This document shows positions 1-12,897 of a stretch of 32,994 nt of DNA, one piece after another. A program made the position numbers and the translations under genes. Position 1 is the first letter of the stretch; every line of letters begins with the position of its first letter. The notes beneath the pieces are model-generated. The model saw only the letters and a program-made list of their open reading frames with translations, did not search any database and was not told the origin of the DNA. Source of the stretch: Gaiellales bacterium (GTDB taxonomy: Bacteria > Actinomycetota > Thermoleophilia > Gaiellales > F1-60-MAGs149); the NCBI GenBank assembly GCA_051006935.1, contig JBPCSR010000174.1:1-32994 (forward strand). The letters run 5' to 3'.

Positions 1-1110
1 GCCGCGCTCGACGGGCTGCTCGCGGACGGCTACGACCTGATCTGCACCTCGGGCGGGCTCGGGCCCACGCACGACGATCGCACGGTCGCCGTCGTCGCCG
101 AGGCGACCGGGCGCGAACTCGTGCTGGACGAGCCGGTGCTCGCGGAGATCACCGAGATCGTGACCGGCTACGCCGCCCAGCGCGGCGTCCCCGTCGAGCG
201 TCTCCTGCCCGGAGCGCGCAAGCAGTCGATGGTGCCCGAAGGCGCCCACGTGCTGCCGCCGTCGGGCACGGCGCCCGGCGTGATCGTCCCCGGCGCGACC
301 ACCGTCGTCGTGCTCCCCGGACCGCCGACCGAGCTCGCCGAGGTCTGGGCCCGCGCGCTCGCGCATCCCGCGCTCGCAGAGCTCCTCGGCGCGCGCCTCG
401 AGCGCCGCATCCTGCGCATCTGGAGCACCCCGGAATCGACCGTCGCGCGCGCGTTCGACCAGCTCGGCGGCGACGCGCACGGGACGGAGACGTCGATCTG
501 CGCGACGCGCCTCGAGGTCGAGGTGGTGATCCGCTTCGCCCCGGAGCATCGTGACGCGGGCAACCGGCTCGCCGACGGCCTCGCCGCGGAATTCGGCCCG
601 GCCGTGTACGCGCAGGACGACCTCAGCGTCGAGCAGCGCGTGGTGGAGACGCTGATCGAGCGCGGCCTCACGATCGCGACCGCCGAGAGCTGCACCGCGG
701 GCATGGTCGCCGCGCGACTCGCGGAGGTCCCGGGCGCCTCGGCGACGCTGCGCGGCGGGTTCGTGGCGTATGCGAACGACGTCAAGAGCGCCCAGGTCGG
801 CGTCCCGGCGGAGCTGATCGAGGCGCACGGCGCCGTCTCCCCCGAGGTGGCGCTGGCGCTCGCCGAAGGTGCCCGCACGGCGATCGGCGGCGACGTCGGC
901 GTCGGGATCACCGGCATCGCGGGGCCCGACGGGGGCAGCACGGACAAGCCCGTGGGTCTCGTGCACATCGCCGTCGTCGGACCGGACGGGACGCTGGAGA
1001 CCCTCGAGCGCCGCTTCCCGGGCGATCGCGAAGCCGTGCGCACGAACTCCGCGACCGCCGCGCTGCACCTGATCCGGCTCCTCCTCGCGCACGTCGCGGA
1101 CGCCGCGTAA
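1..1110 (+). CDS. cinA: CinA-family protein, 5'-truncated at window edge (MoCF-like N-domain plus PncC-like NMN amidohydrolase C-domain)
   Basis: Frame 1 is open from nt 1 ([28 protein letters not shown]), upstream of the listed 121..1110 ORF. The C-terminal half carries [17 protein letters not shown] and [11 protein letters not shown] motifs. It lies immediately upstream of recA. Confidence 0.9.
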   Translation, partial: AALDGLLADGYDLICTSGGLGPTHDDRTVAVVAEATGRELVLDEPVLAEITEIVTGYAAQRGVPVERLLPGARKQSMVPEGAHVLPPSGTAPGVIVPGATTVVVLPGPPTELAEVWARALAHPALAELLGARLERRILRIWSTPESTVARAFDQLGGDAHGTETSICATRLEVEVVIRFAPEHRDAGNRLADGLAAEFGPAVYAQDDLSVEQRVVETLIERGLTIATAESCTAGMVAARLAEVPGASATLRGGFVAYANDVKSAQVGVPAELIEAHGAVSPEVALALAEGARTAIGGDVGVGITGIAGPDGGSTDKPVGLVHIAVVGPDGTLETLERRFPGDREAVRTNSATAALHLIRLLLAHVADAA

Positions 1111-1177
1111 GCGGACCGTCCCCGCGCGCGACCTCCGCGCAACCGACACACCCGCGCGTCCGGTTCGCCGTCCATAC

Positions 1178-1190
1178 TTCGGGCACCGAA
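1178..1190. promoter_or_regulatory. Palindrome TTCGG-GCA-CCGAA in the recA upstream region
   Basis: 5-bp arms with a 3-nt spacer, 45 nt upstream of the recA ATG. Function unknown. Confidence 0.25.
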
Positions 1191-1234
1191 TTGACGCATG
1201 CATCCCATCCCGGCGCCGCCGGCAGGAGGTCACC

Positions 1235-2335
<1,101 letters not shown>

Positions 2336-2340
2336 CGCTC

Positions 2341-2928
2341 GTGGCCGCGCGGATCATCACCGCGGTCCGCAGCCGTGACGACCAGCGCCTTACCGTCGAG
2401 CTCGACGGCAAGGCGTGGATCACGCTCGATCCCGTGACCGCCGCGCGGCTCGGACTGCACGTCGACCGCACGCTCGCCCCGGGCGAGGTCGCGGCCGCGG
2501 AGGAGGCGGCGCGGAGCGAGCAGGCGCTGCTCCGCGGCGCCGCGCTGGTCGGGCAGCGCTCGCACGCCCGCGGCGAGCTCGAACGGCGCCTGGCTCGACG
2601 CGCCGGGGATGACGCGGCCCAGACGGCGGTGGAGCGCCTCGCCGACCTGGGGATCGTCGACGACGAACGCCACGCCTCCGAGCTGACGGCGCATCGCCTG
2701 CGCGCGGGCTGGGGACCGGCACGCATCGAACACGACCTCCGGGCCGCTGGCGTGGCGGAGACCCTGATCCGATGCACCCTGGACGAGCTCGACGACGACG
2801 CGCTGGACGCGGCCGCCCGCGTGGCGCTCGGCGCTCGCTCCGGCGCCGCAGGCTGGCAGCGCCTCGCCGCGCGCGGCTTCGACGAGGCGGTCGCCGAGCG
2901 GCTGCTCGGCACGCCCGACCTCCTCTGA
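2341..2928 (+). CDS. recX: RecA regulator RecX
   Basis: GTG start 5 nt after the recA stop, in the frame of ORF 1198..2928. About 195 aa, helical-repeat Ala/Arg/Leu-rich like RecX. Conserved position after recA. The upstream part of the long ORF overlaps recA and is Arg/Pro junk. Confidence 0.85.
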   Translation: MAARIITAVRSRDDQRLTVELDGKAWITLDPVTAARLGLHVDRTLAPGEVAAAEEAARSEQALLRGAALVGQRSHARGELERRLARRAGDDAAQTAVERLADLGIVDDERHASELTAHRLRAGWGPARIEHDLRAAGVAETLIRCTLDELDDDALDAAARVALGARSGAAGWQRLAARGFDEAVAERLLGTPDLL

Positions 2929-3024
2929 CCGACCGTCGGTGCGGCACTGCGACCGCGCTACCCTGTGGGCAGCTAACTCCGCCTCGCCCTCGGGCGCGGC
3001 TCGTTCGAACGTCAGGAGAATCAG

Positions 3025-4614
3025 GTGCTGGTGACCGTGATCGCGGCCCTCGCCGCGCTGGTCGTAGGTGGTGCCGTGACCGGGTTGATCGTGCGCTCGC
3101 GCATGCAGCAGACCCTGCAGCGGCACGACGAGGAGGCCATTCGCGGGCTCGAGGCGCGCCGTGTGGAGGCCGAGACGCGCCGTGGCGAGGCCGAGCGCGC
3201 CATCGCGGCCGCCGAGCGGGAGGCCGAGACCGTTCGCCGCTCCGCCGAGATCGACGCCAAGGCGCAGCTGCTCGAGCTGCGCACGGAGCTCGAGCGCGAG
3301 CTCGAGGAGCGCCGCGTCGAGCTGTCGCGCCTCGAGGAACGGGTCCTCACGCGCGAGGAGGCCGCGGCGCGCGGCGAGTCCGCGATCGCCGAGCGGGAGG
3401 CGTCGGCCACCGAGCGCGAGCGGGCCCTCGGCGATGCCGAGGCAGTGCTTCGCGAGGCGCGAGAGCGGGCCGATCGTGAGATCGAGCGCATCGGCGGCAT
3501 GACCCGCGACGAGGCGCGGGCGCAGATCCTCGCCCGCGTCGAGGAGACGACGCGCCACGACGCGGCGCAGCTGGCCCGCCGCATCGAGGAGGAGGCGCGC
3601 CAAGACGGCGAGCGGCGCGCGCGCTCGATCATCGGCACGGCCATCCAGCGCACCGCCTCCGGCTATGCCGCCGCCACGACGGTGTCGACCGTCGAGCTGC
3701 CGTCCGACGACCTCAAGGGACGGATCATCGGCCGTGAGGGCCGGAACATCCGCGCGCTCGAGACGATCACCGGCGTCGACATCATCATCGACGACACGCC
3801 CGGGGCCGTCGTGCTCAGCGCCTTCGACGGCGTGCGGCGCGAGATCGCGCGCATCACGCTCGAGAAGCTGGTCGCCGACGGTCGCATCCACCCGGCCCGG
3901 ATCGAGGAGACGTACTACCAGGCCAAGGAGGAGATCGAGGAGCGCATCCGCGAGGCGGGGGAGCAGGCCTCTTTCGAGGCCAACGTCCCCGGTCTCGACC
4001 CGGAGCTGCTGCTGATCCTCGGGCGCCTCAATTACCGCACGTCGTACGGCCAGAACGTGCTCAAGCACTCGCTCGAGTGCGCGCACCTCGCGGCGATCAT
4101 GGCGATCGAGCTCGGCGCCGACGAGCGCGTCGCGCGCCGTGCGGCCCTGCTCCACGACATCGGCAAGGCCGTCACGCACGAGGTCGAGGGCCCGCACGCG
4201 CTCATCTCCGGGCAGTTCTGCCGCAAATTCGGCGAGCACGAGGCGGTCGCGCACGCCGTGGAGGCGCACCACCACGACGTGGAGCCCGACACGGTCGAGG
4301 CGGTGCTCGTGATCGCCGCCGACGCGATCTCGGCGGCGCGCCCCGGCGCGCGCGGCGAGAGCCTCGAGCAGTACGTCAAGCGCCTGGAGGCGCTCGAGGA
4401 GATCGCGATGCGCAAGCGCGGCGTGGAGCGCTGCTTCGCCATGCAGGCCGGCCGCGATGTGCGGGTGATGGTCAAGCCCAGCGAGGTCTCGGACGACATG
4501 GCCGCGCTGCTCGCGCGCGAGATCGCCGCGGAGATCGAGGACTCGCTCGAGTACCCGGGCCAGATCAAGGTGACCGTGATCCGCGAGTCGCGCACGAGCG
4601 AGCTGGCCCACTAG
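3025..4614 (+). CDS. rny: Ribonuclease Y
   Basis: 529 aa. N-terminal TM helix, long Glu/Arg coiled coil, KH motif GRIIGREGRNIRALE, HD domain (HSLECAHLAA...LLHDIGK). GGAG Shine-Dalgarno upstream of the GTG start. Confidence 0.95.
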   Translation: MLVTVIAALAALVVGGAVTGLIVRSRMQQTLQRHDEEAIRGLEARRVEAETRRGEAERAIAAAEREAETVRRSAEIDAKAQLLELRTELERELEERRVELSRLEERVLTREEAAARGESAIAEREASATERERALGDAEAVLREARERADREIERIGGMTRDEARAQILARVEETTRHDAAQLARRIEEEARQDGERRARSIIGTAIQRTASGYAAATTVSTVELPSDDLKGRIIGREGRNIRALETITGVDIIIDDTPGAVVLSAFDGVRREIARITLEKLVADGRIHPARIEETYYQAKEEIEERIREAGEQASFEANVPGLDPELLLILGRLNYRTSYGQNVLKHSLECAHLAAIMAIELGADERVARRAALLHDIGKAVTHEVEGPHALISGQFCRKFGEHEAVAHAVEAHHHDVEPDTVEAVLVIAADAISAARPGARGESLEQYVKRLEALEEIAMRKRGVERCFAMQAGRDVRVMVKPSEVSDDMAALLAREIAAEIEDSLEYPGQIKVTVIRESRTSELAH

Positions 4615-4619
4615 ACGCG

Positions 4620-5935
<1,316 letters not shown>

Positions 5936-5939
<4 letters not shown>

Positions 5940-6871
5940 CGATGGCCCCGCCGGTCGTCGCCCTGTTCGGCCCGACCGCCTCGGGCAAGTCCGCCATCGC
6001 CGTGGCGCTCGCAGGCCTGCTCGGCGGCGAGGTCGTGTCGGCCGACTCCATGCAGGTCTACCGCGGGCTCGAGCGGATCACGAACCAACCCACCGCGGCG
6101 GAGCAACGCGGCGTGCCGCATCATCTCGTCGGCACGGTGGCGCCGGATCGGGCGTACGACGTGGTCCAGTACGCCGCCGACGCCCACGCCGCGATCGACG
6201 GCATCCTCGAGCGCGGGGCCGTCCCGATCGTCGCGGGGGGATCCGGGCTCTACCTGCGGGCGGCGCTCGCGGACATGGAGTTCCCCGCGCAGGTCGACGA
6301 GGACGTGCGCGTGCACATCCGCGATGAGGTCGAGACGCTCGGGTCGGCGGCGGCGCACGCCCGCCTCGCCGAGGTCGATGCGGATGCGGCAGCGCGAATC
6401 GATCCCGCCGACGCGCGCCGCATCGTCCGGGCGCTGGAACTCCACGCCGCCGGCGCGTCGCTCGCCCCCGACGCCGAGGATGCCCTCTGGACACCCGCGA
6501 TGCGGCATCCGACGCGCCTGTTCGGCCTGCAGGTGGAACGGCAGGCGCTGCGGCGACGCATCGACGAGCGCACGCCGCGCCTTTTGGACGACGGCGGCAT
6601 CGATGAGATCGCGGCCCTGCTGGAGCGCGGCGTGCCGCTCTCGCACACGGCCGCGCGCGCCCACGGCGTCGACGACTTGCGCGAGCTGCTCGAGGGCGCG
6701 ATCGACCGCGCCGAGTGCGAGCGGCGCCTGGCCGCGCGCACGCGCCAGTACTCCAAGAGTCAGGACACCTGGCTGAGCCGCCTCGACCACGCGGAGCTCG
6801 TGGACGCGAATCACCCGGCCGAGGCCGTGGCGGGCGAGATCGCGGAGCGGCTGCGGACCCAGCCCCGATAG
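5936..6871 (+). CDS. miaA: tRNA dimethylallyltransferase
   Basis: 311 aa. P-loop GPTASGKS and DSMQVYRGL motif. GTGA start/stop overlap with miaB. Confidence 0.95.
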
Positions 6872-6874
6872 CAT
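6869..6874 (+). promoter_or_regulatory. Possible internal -10 element TAGCAT, 6 nt upstream of the dapD ATG
   Basis: The plus strand reads GATAGCAT-TCGCGC-ATG. The TAG is the miaA stop codon, so this could be coincidental. Confidence 0.3.
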
Positions 6875-6880
6875 TCGCGC

Positions 6881-7682
<802 letters not shown>

Positions 7683-7690
<8 letters not shown>

Positions 7691-8750
7691 GCCGTTCCTC
7701 AGCGGCGCCGTCGACGACATCTGCTTCGACCTCGTCGCCACGCGCTCCGAGTACGGCGACGAGCGCCATCTCGCCGATCTCGTGGAGCAGCGCGTCCGCG
7801 AGCTCGGCCTCGAGCACGAGCGCATCGGCAACGCGATCGTGGCCCGCGCCGGCGGCGTCGGCACCCCGATCGCGCTGGTCGGGCACCTCGACACGGTCCC
7901 CAACTGGCCGGACGGCGCGGTCGAGCACACGGACGAGCGCATCGTCGGCCGCGGCGCCGCCGACATGAAGGGCGGCGTCGCGGTCATGCTCGCGCTCCTG
8001 CAGCGCCTCACCGACGCCTCGCGCACGACCGTCTGCGTGTTCTACGACCGAGAGGAGGGTCCGCACGAGGACAACGGCATCCACCGCGTGCTCGCCGAGT
8101 CGGCGCTCCTGCAGCCCAAGCCCGACCTGGCCATCGTCCTCGAGCCCACCGGCGGCACCGTGCACGCGGGCGCCGTGGGCTCCCTCAACGCCTCGGTCGC
8201 CTTCACCGGGCGCGCCGCGCACGCCGCGCGCCCGTGGGAGGGTGAGAACGCGATCTCGGAGGCGCTCGCCGACGCGCTCGGGCGCTTCGCGCGTCGCGCT
8301 CCGCGCCCGACCGAGGTGGACGGCCTCACCTACCACGACGTGGTGACGGTCACGATGATCACGGGGGGCGTCGCCCACAACGTCGTGCCCGACCGCGTGG
8401 AGCTGTGGGTCAACGCCCGCGTCGCGCCCGGCAACTCGCTCGACGCCGCCAAGGCGGAGGTCGAGGAGCTGGCCGGTCCGTCCGCCGAGGTGACGTGGAG
8501 CGACGTCGCGCCCCCAGCGGCGCCGAGCCTCGCTGCGCCGCCGGTGGCGGACTTCCTGGCGCGCACGGGGCTGCCCGTGCTGCCCAAGCAGGCCTGGACC
8601 GACGTCGCGACGCTCCACGCGTGGGGCGTGCCGGCGTTCAACTACGGCCCCGGCGAGTCCGGGCAGGCCCACCAACCCGGCGAGTGGGTCGAGATCGCGC
8701 GGCTCGAGGAGTGCGAGCGCGTGCTGGCGAACGAGCTGGACGCGTCGTGA
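7683..8750 (+). CDS. dapE: M20-family metallopeptidase, probable succinyl-diaminopimelate desuccinylase
   Basis: 355 aa. HLDTVP and GRGAADMKGG motifs of the ArgE/DapE/M20 family. Overlaps the dapD stop by 8 nt and sits between dapD and dapF. Confidence 0.8.
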
Positions 8751-9529
8751 CGATCGCCGCCGAGCGCTGGGAGGGCGCGGGGAACACGTACCTCCTCGTC
8801 GACGGCGGGCTGCTCCCGCGCGCGATCGACGCCCATGGCGCGCAGGCCATCCACGCCGCGCTCGGCGGGGACGGGATCCTGGAGGTGCGGCGTGACGACA
8901 GGGCCGACGTGTCGATGCGCATCTGGAACCCCGACGGCAGCGAGAGCGAGGCGTGCGGGAACGGCACGCGCATGGTCGCCCGCTGGCTCGCCGAGCAGAC
9001 GGGAAAGCGCGACGTGCGGATCGCCACGGCCGCCGGCATCCTCGACTGCGTGGTGGACGGCGAGCGCATCTCGGCCCGGTTGGCGCCCGCGCGTCTGGAC
9101 GGACCGCAGTACGCACCCGACGCGAACGGGTTCCCGTATCCGCACACCTTCGTGAGCGTCGGCAATCCCCATGTCGTGATCCCCGTCGACGATGTCGACG
9201 CCTTCCCGCTGGCGATCGAGGGTCCGGTGCTCGAACGCCATCCGTGGTTCCCCGAGCGCGCCAACGTCGAGATCGTCCAGGCCATCGACCCGCACCGCGT
9301 GCGCATGCGCGTGTGGGAGCGCGGGGTGGGCGAGACGCAGGCGTGCGGCACCGGCGCATGCGCGGCCGCCGTCGCCGCCGTGCAGGCGGGATCGGCCGTC
9401 TCGCCCGTCACCGTCGAGCTGCCCGGCGGGGAGCTGACGATCGACGTCGGGGACGACGGTGCGGTCACCATGCACGGCCCGGCGCGACGCGTCGAGCAGG
9501 TCCGGATCCCCGTCGCGCTGCTTGGCTGA
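8747..9529 (+). CDS. dapF: Diaminopimelate epimerase
   Basis: GTG at 8747 (GTGA overlap with the dapE stop), in the frame of ORF 8405..9529. Both catalytic Cys motifs are present (SEACGNGTR and ETQACGTGA). Confidence 0.9.
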   Translation: MTIAAERWEGAGNTYLLVDGGLLPRAIDAHGAQAIHAALGGDGILEVRRDDRADVSMRIWNPDGSESEACGNGTRMVARWLAEQTGKRDVRIATAAGILDCVVDGERISARLAPARLDGPQYAPDANGFPYPHTFVSVGNPHVVIPVDDVDAFPLAIEGPVLERHPWFPERANVEIVQAIDPHRVRMRVWERGVGETQACGTGACAAAVAAVQAGSAVSPVTVELPGGELTIDVGDDGAVTMHGPARRVEQVRIPVALLG

Positions 9530-9534
9530 GCGAC

Positions 9535-10707
9535 ATGCGCTTCTCCGACCGCATGGACATGATCCCGGAGTACGTCGTCGCGCGCCTGAACCGCGTGATC
9601 GCGGAGCGCAGGGCGGCGGGCGCCGACGTGATCTCGCTCGGCGTCGGGGACCCCGACGTGCCGCCCGACCCGCGCATCCGCGCACGGTTGGCCGAGGAGG
9701 TGCAGCGCGACGACGCCGCGCGCTACCCCACCAATGTCGGGCAGCCCGAGCTGCGCGCCGCCGTCGCGGAGCACTATGCGCGTCGCTTCGGCGTCGCCGT
9801 CGACCCGGACACCGAGGTGCTGCCGCTCCTGGGCGCGAAGGAGGGGCTCGCGCACCTGGCGCTGGCCGTCCTCGACCCGGGATCGACCGCCCTCGTCGCG
9901 GATCCCGGCTACCCCGTGTACGCCGGCGGGCCGCTGATCGCGGGAGCCTCGTCCTACGGATTGCCCCTGCTGGCCGCGAACGGCTTCCAGCCCGATCTCG
10001 GGGGCGTGCCGGCCGACGTCGCGGTGAAGGCGCGCCTCCTCGTATGCGGCTATCCGAACAACCCCACCGGCGCCGTCGCCGCGCCGGGACTGTTCGCCGA
10101 TCTCGCGGCCTTCGGCGACCACCACGACCTCGTGCTCTGCCACGACCACGCGTACGCCGAGATCGCGTACGACGACGCCGTCGCCCCCAGCGCGCTCGCC
10201 GAGCCGGCCTTCCGCGCGCGCGGCGTCGAGATCCTCTCGCTCTCCAAGACCTTCTCGATCCCCGGCTGGCGCATCGCCTTCGCCGTCGGCGACGCCGAGG
10301 TGATCGGCGTGCTGCGCCGCCTCAAGACCCAGATCGACTCGGGCATGTTCCCGGCGCTGCAGCGAACGGCGGCCTGGATGCTCGGCGAGGAGAGCCTCGA
10401 CCGCGCTCCCGTCGCGCTCTACCGTGCACGGCGCGACCTCGCGTGCGCGCTGCTCGCGGAGATCGGCATGCCCGTCGATCCGCCGCGCGGCGGCATGTAC
10501 CTCTGGGTTCCGGTGCCGACCGCGGAGACGTCCGAGGCCTTCGCCACGCGGCTCCTGGAGGGAGCCGACGTGGTCGTCACGCCCGGCACGGCGTACGGCG
10601 CGGCGGGAGAGGGGTACGTGCGCATCGCCCTCACCGTTCCGGAGGAGCGCCTGCGCGAGGCGATCGACCGCATCGGCGCGGTGCTCGGCGCTGCCGCCGC
10701 GGAGTAG
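9535..10707 (+). CDS. Class I PLP aminotransferase, LL-diaminopimelate aminotransferase (DapL)-like / possible DapC
   Basis: ATG at 9535, in the frame of ORF 8953..10707. ISLGVGDPD, YPNNPTGA and SLSKTFSIPGWRIAF (PLP lysine) motifs. Lies in the dap cluster. Confidence 0.8.
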   Translation: MRFSDRMDMIPEYVVARLNRVIAERRAAGADVISLGVGDPDVPPDPRIRARLAEEVQRDDAARYPTNVGQPELRAAVAEHYARRFGVAVDPDTEVLPLLGAKEGLAHLALAVLDPGSTALVADPGYPVYAGGPLIAGASSYGLPLLAANGFQPDLGGVPADVAVKARLLVCGYPNNPTGAVAAPGLFADLAAFGDHHDLVLCHDHAYAEIAYDDAVAPSALAEPAFRARGVEILSLSKTFSIPGWRIAFAVGDAEVIGVLRRLKTQIDSGMFPALQRTAAWMLGEESLDRAPVALYRARRDLACALLAEIGMPVDPPRGGMYLWVPVPTAETSEAFATRLLEGADVVVTPGTAYGAAGEGYVRIALTVPEERLREAIDRIGAVLGAAAAE

Positions 10708-10718
10708 ACTCCGACCAC

Positions 10719-12008
10719 GTGGGCGACGGCTTCCATCAGATCCGCGACGACGCGCCCGAACGCGCCTTCGTCGCGGCCGTCGCACGACCGAACCAGCGTA
10801 TCGAGGCTGACATCGCGGAACTCACCGAGCTCCTGCACACGGCCCAGTGCGAGCCGGTCGGCGAGCTGATCCAGCGGCGCGACCAACCGGAGCTCAAGAC
10901 GTACCTGGGCTCGGGCAAGGTCGACGAGCTGGAGGAGGCGCTCTCCGCCACCGAGGCGGAGGTACTGGTGGTCGATGACGAGCTCACGCCGTCCCAGCAG
11001 CGCTACCTCGAGAACCGCTTCAAGATCCGGGTGATCGACCGCACCGCGCTGATCCTCGACATCTTCGCGGCGCACGCGCACTCCGCCGAGGGCAAGCTCC
11101 AGGTCGAGCTCGCGCAGCTCGAGTACCAGCTGCCGCGCATGCGCGGCATGTGGCAGCACCTCGAGCGGCTCGGCGGCGGCGTCGGCACGCGCGGCCCGGG
11201 CGAATCGCAGCTGGAGACCGACCGGCGCCTTGCTCGCGACCGCATCACGGCGCTGCGGCGCAAGCTCAAGGAGACGGGCAAGCGGCGGCGCCTCCAGCGC
11301 AAGCGGCGCATGGAGGGCGTCGTGCCGACCGTCGCACTCGCCGGGTATACGAACGTCGGCAAGTCCAGCCTGCTCAACGCGCTCACGGGCGCCGAGGTGT
11401 CGAGCCGGAACCGCCTGTTCGAGACGCTCGATCCCACGACCCGGCGCTACACCCACGTCGGACGCGAGTACACGCTGACCGACACGGTGGGCTTCATCCG
11501 CAAGCTCCCGCACGGACTCGTCGAGGCCTTCGCCTCGACGCTCGAGGAGACCCTCGCCGGCGACCTGATCCTCCACGTCGTCGATGCCTCCCTGCCTGAG
11601 GAGGAGCGCGACGTCCAGATGCGCGCCGTCGACGACGTGCTGGACCAGATCGGCGCGAACGAGCTTCCGCGCATCGTCGTCCTCAACAAGATCGACCTCG
11701 TGGACGCCGACGATCGCGTGCGCCTCGCGAACCGCCTGCCCGACGCGATCCAGGTCTCCGCGCACAGCGGAACCGGACTCGAGGAGCTGGAGATCGCGAT
11801 CGCCGAGCATTTCGCCGGTCGCTTCGAGCCCGTCGAACTCCTCGTGCCGCATACGGAGGGAGGCGTGCTGTCGTCGCTCTACGCGCTCGGCGCGCCGATC
11901 ACGCAGCGCGAGGACACCGCCGAGGGCGTGCGCATCCGGGCGCGCCTGCCGCAGGCGGAGCGCGAGCGCTACCAGCGCTTCGCCGTCGTGGGGGACGGCA
12001 GCGGATGA
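10719..12008 (+). CDS. hflX: GTPase HflX
   Basis: GTG at 10719, the only start after the preceding stop in this frame. G1 GYTNVGKSSLLNAL, G3 DTVGF, G4 NKID. The HflX N-domain is present (LGSGKVDELEEAL). Confidence 0.93.
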   Translation: MGDGFHQIRDDAPERAFVAAVARPNQRIEADIAELTELLHTAQCEPVGELIQRRDQPELKTYLGSGKVDELEEALSATEAEVLVVDDELTPSQQRYLENRFKIRVIDRTALILDIFAAHAHSAEGKLQVELAQLEYQLPRMRGMWQHLERLGGGVGTRGPGESQLETDRRLARDRITALRRKLKETGKRRRLQRKRRMEGVVPTVALAGYTNVGKSSLLNALTGAEVSSRNRLFETLDPTTRRYTHVGREYTLTDTVGFIRKLPHGLVEAFASTLEETLAGDLILHVVDASLPEEERDVQMRAVDDVLDQIGANELPRIVVLNKIDLVDADDRVRLANRLPDAIQVSAHSGTGLEELEIAIAEHFAGRFEPVELLVPHTEGGVLSSLYALGAPITQREDTAEGVRIRARLPQAERERYQRFAVVGDGSG

Positions 12009-12445
12009 CGCGCATCGCGTTCCAGCGCCTGCACCCCGACGCGCAGGTGCCCCAACGCGCTCACGCCGGCGACGCGGGGTTCGACCTCCATGCGGTGGAG
12101 GATGTCGATCTCGGACCCGGCGATCGTGCCGCCGTCGGGTGCGGCTTCGCCATGGCCCTCCCAGCCGGCATGGCCGCGCTGGTGGTCCCGCGCTCGGGCC
12201 TCGCGCTGCGCGAGGGCCTCGGGGTGCTGAACGGGCCCGGCCTGATCGATGCGGGCTATCGCGGCGAGGTCAAGGTCATCCTCGTGAACCACGATCCGTC
12301 CGAGATGCGGAGCGTCCGCACGGGCGACCGCATCGCCCAGCTGGTGCTCGTCGACCTGCCGGATGTCGCCTTCGCCGAGACCGATGCCCTGCCCGATTCC
12401 GACCGCGGCGCGGGCGGATTCGGTTCCACCGGGAGGGGATCATGA
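12005..12445 (+). CDS. dut: dUTP diphosphatase
   Basis: 146 aa. AGFDL, PRSG and GLIDAGYRGE motifs. ATGA overlap with the hflX stop. Confidence 0.93.
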   Translation: MTRIAFQRLHPDAQVPQRAHAGDAGFDLHAVEDVDLGPGDRAAVGCGFAMALPAGMAALVVPRSGLALREGLGVLNGPGLIDAGYRGEVKVILVNHDPSEMRSVRTGDRIAQLVLVDLPDVAFAETDALPDSDRGAGGFGSTGRGS

Positions 12446-12897
12446 CCGGCGGCCCGCGGATTCGCGTGGCCGGACTGCTCGTGAACGGCGGCCGCGTGCT
12501 GCTCGTACGCCATGAGAAGGCCGGACGATCCTACTGGCTCCTTCCCGGCGGCGGCGTGGAGGCGGGGGAGCAGCTCGAGGACGCCGTGCGCCGCGAGTTC
12601 GCCGAGGAGTGCGGGATGTCGCCGGCCGGCGTCCACGGACCGATCGCGATGGCCGAGACGATCCCGCCCGACGACCTCGAAGACGGGCGGCACATCCTCC
12701 ACATGATCTTCGCCGTGGAGGCCGACGCCTGCGGGGTGGAGCAGCTCGTCAGCGAGGACGCCGCCGTGATGGGGCACGCCTTCGTCGATCAGAAGCGCGT
12801 GCACGAGCTCGAGCTGCGCCCGCCCATCCACGACTACCTGCGCGGCTATCGGCCTGGCGCGGCCTTCGTGAGCCTCGGCCGCATGTGGGTCTCCTAG
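12442..12897 (+). CDS. NUDIX hydrolase
   Basis: ATG at 12442 (ATGA overlap with the dut stop). Nudix box GGGVEAGEQLEDAVRREFAEECG. About 151 aa. Confidence 0.85.
   Translation: MTGGPRIRVAGLLVNGGRVLLVRHEKAGRSYWLLPGGGVEAGEQLEDAVRREFAEECGMSPAGVHGPIAMAETIPPDDLEDGRHILHMIFAVEADACGVEQLVSEDAAVMGHAFVDQKRVHELELRPPIHDYLRGYRPGAAFVSLGRMWVS

Noticed and set aside
1142-1149. A TGTCGGTT-like sequence (the complement of AACCGACA) upstream of recA, resembling the actinobacterial LexA-independent (PafBC / RecA-NDp) motif TGTCGGTG.
   Set aside because: It is on the opposite strand relative to recA and is not followed by a correctly spaced TAnnnT, so the orientation and spacing requirements are not met.
2928-2940. 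The palindrome ACCGAC-C-GTCGGT at the recX stop, and imperfect GC hairpins after recX, vapC and the LysM gene, considered as intrinsic terminators.
   Set aside because: The stems are short or bulged, the loops are too small (1 nt for 2928-2940), and no U-tracts follow. I could not support a terminator call from the sequence alone.
3002-3011. The CGTTCGAACG palindrome just upstream of rny, considered as a possible LexA box.
   Set aside because: The half-sites are in the reverse order (GTTC-GAAC) with no 4-nt spacer, so it does not match CGAAC-N4-GTTCG. It is probably chance or an unrelated site.
11408-11420. GAAC-N5-GTTC inside hflX, and GAAC-GG-GTTC inside dapF (9124..9133), considered as SOS boxes.
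   Set aside because: The spacer length is wrong, the sites are intragenic, and the flanking C/G of the consensus is not conserved.
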